DNA of 64,000 nucleotides from Candidatus Nanoarchaeia archaeon (GTDB lineage Archaea; Nanobdellota; Nanobdellia; SCGC-AAA011-G17; JACPNG01): NCBI GenBank assembly GCA_028714375.1, contig JAQTMK010000002.1, positions 21,812 to 85,811 of the forward strand, read 5' to 3'. Shown piece by piece: positions 57,233 to 64,000 of this stretch (position 1 is its first letter; each line of letters starts with the position of its first letter). The notes under the pieces were generated by a model. It saw only the letters and a program-made list of their open reading frames with translations, ran no database searches and was not told where the DNA came from. The position numbers and the translations under genes were made by a program.

Positions 57233-58300
57233 ATGCCGATTGTAATCCAAAAATATAAACATCCGTATAGTTTTGATGATATATTTATCTCTTTTCATGG
57301 TATATTTTATGACTATTCATCCAAACTTATTAAAAAAATAAAAGAATATTATCCTGAACATAATGTATATCTTACAAATAAAGGGCGAGAATCTCTTAAT
57401 TTAATATTAAAAAATTTAAATTTAAATGAAGGAGATGAAGTTGCAATTCCCTGCAATGTTTGCGAAGTTGTAGTTGAAACTATTCTTCATAACAGATTAA
57501 AACCCTTAATTATAGACATAACCAACAATTTAACACTAGACCCAAAAGATTTAATGAAGAAAAAAACAGATAAAACCAGAGCAGTGATAGTAGTTCATCA
57601 GTTTGGTAATGTTGCAGATTTGGATGAAATAAAAAAATCAAAATTAATAACTATAGAGGATTGTGCTCAAACAATAAATGCAAAATACAAGGATAAACTA
57701 GTGGGAAACTATTCAGATTATGCTTTTAACAGCTTAGATATAACAAAACCTATTTCAGCGATTTCTGGTTCAATTTTAATCTCAAAAAAACCGATTCATT
57801 ATAACCTTAAAAAAAACGTTGGATTAAATAATCTAGTAGAATTAATTCTATTTATGGTCCTAAACAACAAACTAATTTACAACCTAATTACGAAAAAGTT
57901 TATAACAAATCTTAAACAAAAACAAACTCTTAAATTTAAAATAAAAAACAAAGCCATGTCCAAAATAAGCATTGCTTTAGCATACTCCCAATATAAAAAA
58001 TATGAAAAAAAAGAAGATTATTCATCTAAACTCCTTAATTCTATTAGGGGTCTAATGGTTTATTCTGAGAATAATAACCATAAAAAGCCATCATATACAT
58101 TTATCCCCGTAAAATTAAATGGAAGTAAACTATCTGGTAAAATAGATCTTCCACAACCAAGTTGTCCTCTTATTTATATAGAAAAGTATAAAAACTATAT
58201 ATCTCCCTGTCCAAACACCGAAAACCTATATAAAGAACTTACACTAATACCAACACACACAAATATATCAAATATAAAATGGGAAAAATATATCATCTAA
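57233..58300 (+). CDS. Divergent DegT-like aminotransferase-fold protein (possibly non-canonical or inactive)
   Basis: Weak similarity to the DegT family (GDEVAIPCNVCEVVVETI ... AVIVVHQFGNVADLDEI) but no convincing PLP-lysine context. Confidence 0.35.
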   Translation: MPIVIQKYKHPYSFDDIFISFHGIFYDYSSKLIKKIKEYYPEHNVYLTNKGRESLNLILKNLNLNEGDEVAIPCNVCEVVVETILHNRLKPLIIDITNNLTLDPKDLMKKKTDKTRAVIVVHQFGNVADLDEIKKSKLITIEDCAQTINAKYKDKLVGNYSDYAFNSLDITKPISAISGSILISKKPIHYNLKKNVGLNNLVELILFMVLNNKLIYNLITKKFITNLKQKQTLKFKIKNKAMSKISIALAYSQYKKYEKKEDYSSKLLNSIRGLMVYSENNNHKKPSYTFIPVKLNGSKLSGKIDLPQPSCPLIYIEKYKNYISPCPNTENLYKELTLIPTHTNISNIKWEKYII

Positions 58301-58761
58301 TAAAAGAAATAGCAAGACTAATTGCAAATCATTCTATTGGTAACACTTTAAGAAAAACATTTTTGAGAATCTCCGGAGTCAAGATTGGTAAAAAAGTGTT
58401 TACAAATCAAGGACTTGTCATTGTTGATAATGGGAAAAGGAATATGGTTATCTTAGAAGATTATGTAACTTTGGCTCCCCGGGTTACAATTGTTACCAGA
58501 TCCTCACCATATCACATCCATCCATCCCTTAGAAAAGAAGACCTCCCAATAAAAGAAGCCAGGGTAGTCATTGGAGAAGGTACATGGATAGGTACAAATG
58601 TAACAATCTTACCGGGGGTAAAAATAGGGAAATGTTGTGTTATTGGGGCAAATTCTTTAGTAACAAAAGACATACCAGAATATAGCATTGCAATAGGTAT
58701 TCCTGCAAAACCAATAAAAAATCTAAAAGATGAAAATAATAAACTTAGACAAAGAAAATGA
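58279..58761 (+). CDS. Left-handed beta-helix (hexapeptide-repeat) sugar acetyltransferase
   Basis: Hexapeptide repeats IGEGTWIGTNVTILPGVKIGKCCVIGANSLV, as in WbbJ/Mac/NeuD-like acetyltransferases. Confidence 0.8.
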   Translation: MGKIYHLIKEIARLIANHSIGNTLRKTFLRISGVKIGKKVFTNQGLVIVDNGKRNMVILEDYVTLAPRVTIVTRSSPYHIHPSLRKEDLPIKEARVVIGEGTWIGTNVTILPGVKIGKCCVIGANSLVTKDIPEYSIAIGIPAKPIKNLKDENNKLRQRK

Positions 58762-59785
58762 AACTGCATGGAATGATTATATCAAAAAAAATTCCCAATC
58801 TTCTATCTTTCATACTCTTGAATGGAAACAAATAATTGAAGAAACTTATAAGTTTAAGCCACTTTATTTTCTAGCAGTCGAGAACAATGAAGTAAGGGGG
58901 ATAATCTGTTCCTTTCTAACATCTAGTTTAATTTTTGGTAAAAAAATAGTTTCAACACCATTCAATTTCTACAATCAACCTTTATTTGAAGATCAAGAGG
59001 CAGGAAATCTATTAATAAATAAACTAAAAGAGATTGGGTTAAAGGAAAAAGTAAAGTACATTGAATTAAAAACGTTGGAGGATTTAAACATCCAGAATCC
59101 TGAATTACAAAAACATCCCCATTATTTTATCTCTAACCTGAAACTTGAAGATACTGAAGAGGAGATAGAATCAAAATATTACAACAGATTAAGGAAAAAT
59201 CTAAGAACCTTAAAAAGAAATGCTGAAAAAAACAATATTAAAATAAGTTTTTCTGATGATGATAAAGATCTAAAACAATTCTACAATGTTTTAGTTAAAA
59301 TATACCGGGATAAGCACAATATGATATGCCAACCTTACGTACTCTACAAGAATATGAAGGAAAATTTTAAAGGAAATTTTAGATTATTAATAGCAAAGAA
59401 AGATAACAAAGTAATTGCTGGTATGATTCTATTATTTTTTAAGGATCAAGCGGTTTATGCATATGGGGCCTCTGATCTAAATTATAAAATCCTAAGTCCA
59501 GGAACCATACTAATAGATCATGCAATAAAATTCTGTTCTAAGAACCATTATAAAACTCTTGATTTTGGAGTAACAAGCCAATACCAAACAGAATTGTTAA
59601 ATTTCAAACAAAATTGGGGCACAACAGAACATAAAATGCCTTATTATTATATCCCAATAACTCAAAAAGAGATTAATCCTCCAGATTATTACACTTATAT
59701 GAAAAACCTTAGAAAACCTTTTAAGTATGTCCCAATTCCACTTATTAAAATGGCATCGCCAATCATCACAAGGCAGTTAGGTTAA
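58730..59785 (+). CDS. FemAB-family / GNAT-fold (Acetyltransf_6-like) acyl- or aminoacyl-transferase
   Basis: N-terminus WNDYIKKNSQSSIFHTLEWKQIIEETYKF and a size of about 350 aa are typical of FemAB/FemX-like proteins found in polysaccharide loci. Confidence 0.6.
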   Translation: MKIINLDKENETAWNDYIKKNSQSSIFHTLEWKQIIEETYKFKPLYFLAVENNEVRGIICSFLTSSLIFGKKIVSTPFNFYNQPLFEDQEAGNLLINKLKEIGLKEKVKYIELKTLEDLNIQNPELQKHPHYFISNLKLEDTEEEIESKYYNRLRKNLRTLKRNAEKNNIKISFSDDDKDLKQFYNVLVKIYRDKHNMICQPYVLYKNMKENFKGNFRLLIAKKDNKVIAGMILLFFKDQAVYAYGASDLNYKILSPGTILIDHAIKFCSKNHYKTLDFGVTSQYQTELLNFKQNWGTTEHKMPYYYIPITQKEINPPDYYTYMKNLRKPFKYVPIPLIKMASPIITRQLG

Positions 59786-59786
59786 T

Positions 59787-60491
59787 ATGAAAATATCTGT
59801 AATACTCCCAACCTATAATGAATATGGAAATATTGGTAACCTGGTCGAAGCAATTGAAACTTCTTTATCAAATACAAACCACGAAATAATAATTATAGAT
59901 GACATGAGCCCAGACAAAACCTGGGAAAAAGCCCAGGAATTAGAAAAAACTCATAAGAATGTTAGAGCAATAATAAGAAAAGATGAAAAAGGATTGGCAA
60001 CAGCTTTAATGAGGGGTATTAAAGAATCAACCGGAACTCATATAGCACTTATGGATACAGATTTTAATCATCCTCCAGAATTATTAAGACAAATGTCCCA
60101 AAAATTAGACGAATACGACCTTATAACTGCTTCAAGATATATCCCGGGGGGGAGGGGCGGAGAAATGTCTAACACACAATACAAATTAAGTAAGTTGCTT
60201 AATCTATATGTAGAGAAAATTCTTAGTTTAAATGTTAAAGATTCAACTGCAGGTTATTTTATAATTAAAAAATTAATAATAGAACAGCTGCCTCAGGAAA
60301 AGATATTCACTGGTTATGGAGATTATTTCTTTAGACTTTTATACCTAACCAAAAAAATGAATGTAAAAACTCTTGAAGTTCCAGTAGTTTATGGAAAAAG
60401 AATTTATGGAGAAAGCAAAACCAAAAGATTAAAGATGGGAATAGATTATGGATGGGGAGCATTAAAACTTAGATTATTTGGAATAAAATAA
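59787..60491 (+). CDS. GT2 glycosyltransferase, dolichyl-phosphate sugar synthase-like
   Basis: KISVILPTYNEYGNI ... IIDDMSPDKT ... MDTDFNHPPE (DxD). Confidence 0.8.
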   Translation: MKISVILPTYNEYGNIGNLVEAIETSLSNTNHEIIIIDDMSPDKTWEKAQELEKTHKNVRAIIRKDEKGLATALMRGIKESTGTHIALMDTDFNHPPELLRQMSQKLDEYDLITASRYIPGGRGGEMSNTQYKLSKLLNLYVEKILSLNVKDSTAGYFIIKKLIIEQLPQEKIFTGYGDYFFRLLYLTKKMNVKTLEVPVVYGKRIYGESKTKRLKMGIDYGWGALKLRLFGIK

Positions 60492-61955
60492 ACAATAGTT
60501 TCCTTTTTCTTTTATTGGGTCCAACCCACAATTCTGAATTGATTCACAGGAATCTTTGTAAGCGAGTATGGATGAAACGTTTAATGCTTCAATAGAATCT
60601 ACAAATCCTTCACAAGAACCATTAATTAACATTTCCTTTGGTTTCATTAGTTTATTCCAATACTCTTCACTAGGTATTTGCGGATAAAATCCAAACACGC
60701 CTTCCACATCATAATAGATTGGTAAATAAGCATCATAAGATCTTGGATGAGAGGTTATCTGAGCAGTTTCTAAAACAATGAATTTACTCTGGACATATGG
60801 GAAAAGTTCAAGAGCATCATACTCATCCTGAGTATATTCTGTAAAGTAAGGAGTTTTAAAGTGACTTATTAAAACACTAAGTATTATAATCATAATTAAA
60901 ACAACCGGAATTAATTTTTTTAATAATTTTGGGAAAGTTTCCCAATCTAACCTCAAAAATATCAGTAAGATTATCATCAAGAAAAACATAATGTAGGGGT
61001 CCTGGGAAATATTCTCTAAAAGAGGAACCAACGGAGTTAGCCTAAATAAAAACAAGATTCCGAGAACAATTGAAGGTAAGAAAAATAAAAATTCTTTCTT
61101 AGATTTTCGTTGTCTTAAGTATATGAAGATTAAAATTAAAAAAGATAAGCCAACAAAAAAAGCAGTAATATTAGTTAGTAACTCCCTGCTGATTCCGAGC
61201 CACAACCATTCTCCTTGTGTTTGACTCAACAACCTGCTGCTAGCCAAGTTCTTCAGAAAGGGGATCCACCAAAAAGAAGTTAGAATCAAAGAAACGATTC
61301 CAGCAACCCCTATTTTAATTATATCTTTAAACTTTCTTGCTAGAATAAATCCTATTACTAAGAATTGAGCTAAAAACATTTCTTGTTGATGAGATAAAAT
61401 TATCGGAATCTCAATTAAAACAAAGAAAAAAAAGAACTTCCAGTTTAATTCTTTTTTAAGGTAATATAACAATAAAACAAACAACCCCAATGTAAAAACA
61501 ATTCCAAACATCGTGGGCATTCTTCCCTGTCTGATTAAATTTCCTACAGCTACTGCATTACCAAAATAAAATAAAAAATAAAATAAAATCTTAGAAGTAT
61601 CCCATTTTTCATTCTTACCTAATATCCATATAAAAATTAATGCAATAACAAACATTAAAATCCATGATATCCATGTAGCAGTTAAGACGTTTTTAGTCAA
61701 AACATACCATGGATAAGCAAAAAACTGCCAGCCAGGAGTAAATGTATGAAAAGAGATAAAACTATTAAACCAGTATGGACACATTTGATTAAAACCGCAT
61801 TTATCCAAAAAAAACAAAGAAGCCATATAGGCTGCTACATCATTTGTATAATTTAGAGGGAATATTTTGAGTAACTTAGACTGATCAATTATCCTATATA
61901 GGAGATACCCTCCTAAAATAAAGTTCAATATCCAAAAGATTTTGTCATTTTTCAC
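60474..61955 (-). CDS. Polytopic membrane protein of unknown function (candidate Wzy-like polymerase or GT-C transferase)
   Basis: At least 12 predicted TM segments, no soluble domain, embedded between a Dol-P-sugar-synthase-like GT2 and another polytopic protein. Confidence 0.4.
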   Translation of the reverse strand: MKNDKIFWILNFILGGYLLYRIIDQSKLLKIFPLNYTNDVAAYMASLFFLDKCGFNQMCPYWFNSFISFHTFTPGWQFFAYPWYVLTKNVLTATWISWILMFVIALIFIWILGKNEKWDTSKILFYFLFYFGNAVAVGNLIRQGRMPTMFGIVFTLGLFVLLLYYLKKELNWKFFFFFVLIEIPIILSHQQEMFLAQFLVIGFILARKFKDIIKIGVAGIVSLILTSFWWIPFLKNLASSRLLSQTQGEWLWLGISRELLTNITAFFVGLSFLILIFIYLRQRKSKKEFLFFLPSIVLGILFLFRLTPLVPLLENISQDPYIMFFLMIILLIFLRLDWETFPKLLKKLIPVVLIMIIILSVLISHFKTPYFTEYTQDEYDALELFPYVQSKFIVLETAQITSHPRSYDAYLPIYYDVEGVFGFYPQIPSEEYWNKLMKPKEMLINGSCEGFVDSIEALNVSSILAYKDSCESIQNCGLDPIKEKGNYCLFYSK

Positions 61956-62013
61956 TCAGTAAAACCCATTAATAAAATTTATAAACATTTAGGTAGCAAA
62001 AAGACTAGACAAA

Positions 62014-63369
62014 ATGAACAAGATAAACTCTTTTTTAAATAATAGGAATAATACAGTCTATTTACTGATAGGATTCTCCATTCTGTTGGTTATTCTAAAT
62101 ATTTTTTCAAAAAGGATTTCATTCCATGATGCCCATGAATATATTGTTGTTGCAAAATCTCTTGCAGGGATTCACAACATAAAATTATTTACTGCCCATT
62201 CGATTGTGTATCCGTTCATAATCTCTTTATTTCTAAAAGTCATGTCTTCAGAACTAATAATAAAATTTGTTGATACTTTATGGATAATCTTAATTGGAAT
62301 ATTATTATTAAATTTTAAATCAAAGAAATTAATTCTATTATATATTTTTTCACCAATGGTTTATATCTTATTTCCTCACACAACCCCCGCCCTACCCGTA
62401 GCATTCTTCTTTCTTTTGGGTTACATCTTCATAAAAAACTATGAAGAAACAAGAGGAAAACTATACTTTATCCTAGCTGGACTTTCTCTTGGAATGTGTT
62501 TTGCAATATACACTCCGGCAATAATCCTAATTTTGTTTTTCATATTTGCTTTTTTCTATGACAAGAAACTAGGAACTACAATTTTATTCTTATTAACTAT
62601 GATTCCTACAATTGCGATTAGATTTATAATCGATCAGATTTATTTTGGATTTCCATTCTACACCTTAATCAGATACATGGGATCCAATTTCATCGTTAGT
62701 CTTGGTTTAAATCAAAACATCTCATTCAACCAGACCTATCATTTCATATACTCCCTGCCCATCTTAATCATTGGGATTTCTCCATTGTTGTTCTTGATTT
62801 TCAAGGCTAAATTCAAACAATATAAAAAAGAAATGATTTTCCTTATCCCGTCCCTTATATTTTTTATATATAGGGGAGGAGCAGAAATAAATTATATTTT
62901 TATGGTAGCACCAATAATCCTATTAATATTGTCTGAAATCTTAACTAAAAAACAAGTAATAATTAGTATAATCTTATCTTTAATAATTACCCCATTCCTA
63001 ATTTCTGATTATTTCGGAAAAACCAGTGATGAAATATTAAGAGAAGATATATTGGCAATAAAAAATGACTTTAATCCAAATCAAGTATTGGCAGGTAAAA
63101 ACCTTGCGTTGGTTTTAGCTGCAATCCAATACGAAGATTCAATTTATATTGTATGGCCAGAAGAACTCAAAGAAGATCCTTTAAGGAGTTATAGGTTCGT
63201 TCTAGACTCCAAAGCCGATGTTTTAACTTCGATAGAATTTGTAACCAATATCAATCTAAACAACCCCCAAGAATATAAGAATCTTCTTCTAATAGAAAGA
63301 AAAAATCAAGCACCAGGAGAATACAAAGAACTGAAATGTTATCAGGAACTTTGTGTTTATGAAAAATAA
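62014..63369 (+). CDS. Polytopic membrane protein of unknown function (candidate GT-C transferase)
   Basis: Multi-TM N-terminal half with a C-terminal soluble domain of about 100 aa, an architecture reminiscent of GT-C enzymes. Confidence 0.4.
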   Translation: MNKINSFLNNRNNTVYLLIGFSILLVILNIFSKRISFHDAHEYIVVAKSLAGIHNIKLFTAHSIVYPFIISLFLKVMSSELIIKFVDTLWIILIGILLLNFKSKKLILLYIFSPMVYILFPHTTPALPVAFFFLLGYIFIKNYEETRGKLYFILAGLSLGMCFAIYTPAIILILFFIFAFFYDKKLGTTILFLLTMIPTIAIRFIIDQIYFGFPFYTLIRYMGSNFIVSLGLNQNISFNQTYHFIYSLPILIIGISPLLFLIFKAKFKQYKKEMIFLIPSLIFFIYRGGAEINYIFMVAPIILLILSEILTKKQVIISIILSLIITPFLISDYFGKTSDEILREDILAIKNDFNPNQVLAGKNLALVLAAIQYEDSIYIVWPEELKEDPLRSYRFVLDSKADVLTSIEFVTNINLNNPQEYKNLLLIERKNQAPGEYKELKCYQELCVYEK

Positions 63370-63437
63370 ACTATATATCAAACAATACACATTTTTCATT
63401 CGCTATATTTATAAGCTTACTCTAAACAATTCTAAAT

Positions 63438-64000
63438 ATGAAAACCCTGCTTTTAACCGCAATGGCAGATACCCACTATGTTGTACCTCCAACTAGTCTG
63501 GGTTATCTTGCTGGCGCAGTTCGTAATGCAGGACATGAAGTTAGTATCATTGATGGGACAAAGGAAAAACTAACGCCAAAAAAACTTCATGAAGAACTTA
63601 AGAAGATTAATCCAGAGGTTGTTGGAATGACTGTATTCTCTTGCGATGTTAATGTTGTAGCCGGATATATTAAAGCAATAAAAGCATTCAACAAAAACAT
63701 TAAAATTATTCTCGGAGGTCCTCATGTTTCCGGAGTTGAAGAGGAAATATTTGAAAACTTCCCAGAAATTGATTTTGCAATTACCGGTGAAGCAGAAGCA
63801 GGATTTCCAATGTTATTAGAAAACATCCAAAACAATAAAAAAAATTATTCTAAGATTCCAGGATTAATCTGGAAAGAAGATTCAAAAATCAATCATAATC
63901 CATCCTATTTTGAATGTGATTTAGATAAGTTAGCATTTCCTGCATGGGACTTGATAGATCCAAGAACTTATCCAAGAGCACCCCAGGGAGCAGTTTTTAG
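63438..64000 (+). CDS. Partial CDS (runs off window end): N-terminal B12-binding domain of another B12-binding radical SAM enzyme
   Basis: MKTLLLTAMADTHYVVPPTSLGYLAGAVRNAGHEVSIIDG... parallels the N-termini of the other B12-radical SAM paralogs. The window ends before the CxxxCxxC motif. Confidence 0.65.
   Translation, partial: MKTLLLTAMADTHYVVPPTSLGYLAGAVRNAGHEVSIIDGTKEKLTPKKLHEELKKINPEVVGMTVFSCDVNVVAGYIKAIKAFNKNIKIILGGPHVSGVEEEIFENFPEIDFAITGEAEAGFPMLLENIQNNKKNYSKIPGLIWKEDSKINHNPSYFECDLDKLAFPAWDLIDPRTYPRAPQGAVF

Noticed and set aside
1-64000. CRISPR arrays, IS elements / transposases, integrases or prophage genes
   Set aside because: None were seen. No regularly spaced direct repeats and no transposase, integrase or phage-like ORFs were recognisable by eye. 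The apparent repetitiveness of the island is at the protein-paralog level (radical SAM, GT2, GT4, GT9, Wzx duplicates), not DNA repeats.

Overview
Strongly AT-rich, gene-dense window with short intergenic spacers and many 4-nt start/stop overlaps. The organism is most likely a small-genome archaeon (DPANN-like is a guess). Evidence for archaeal origin: an STT3/AglB oligosaccharyltransferase with an intact WWDYG motif, an AglH-like GlcNAc-1-P transferase, aIF5A-like and eIF2B-family proteins, three tRNAs with no encoded CCA, and an FtsJ/RlmE methyltransferase.

Positions 1-15 kb are mixed housekeeping and envelope genes: HAD hydrolase, eIF2B-family isomerase, TspO, a SpoIIM-like protein, secreted or anchored proteins (one with a Kazal domain, one with a lamin-tail domain), a PduL-like gene, a tRNA-Arg/tRNA-Cys pair, tRNA-Ser, rlmE, a large sequon-rich S-layer-like glycoprotein, and an MTAP-APRT fusion.

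From about 15.3 kb to the window end (about 49 kb) nearly every gene is glycan-related, forming a surface-glycan / N-glycosylation super-island. It contains AglB, AglH, two Wzx-like flippases, four DPM-synthase-like GT2s and one other GT2, three GT4s, two GT9s, three to five GT-C-type membrane transferases, a carbamoyltransferase with two SGNH hydrolases and small SxtJ/DUF5989-like membrane proteins, a polysaccharide deacetylase, a fused sugar-nucleotidyltransferase-DegT aminotransferase, a hexapeptide acetyltransferase, a FemAB-like acyltransferase, a CDP-alcohol phosphotransferase with two SAM methyltransferases (one Trm112-fused), and a QueC-like PP-loop ATPase.

Most unusual are eight radical SAM enzymes in this island. 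Six carry an N-terminal B12-binding domain and two are SPASM/twitch-like. Several are translationally coupled to GT2-GT-C pairs, giving a recurring 'Dol-P-sugar synthase - B12 radical SAM - GT-C transferase' triad that may be a previously undescribed lipid-linked sugar tailoring system. No CRISPR arrays, transposases or obvious mobile elements were seen.
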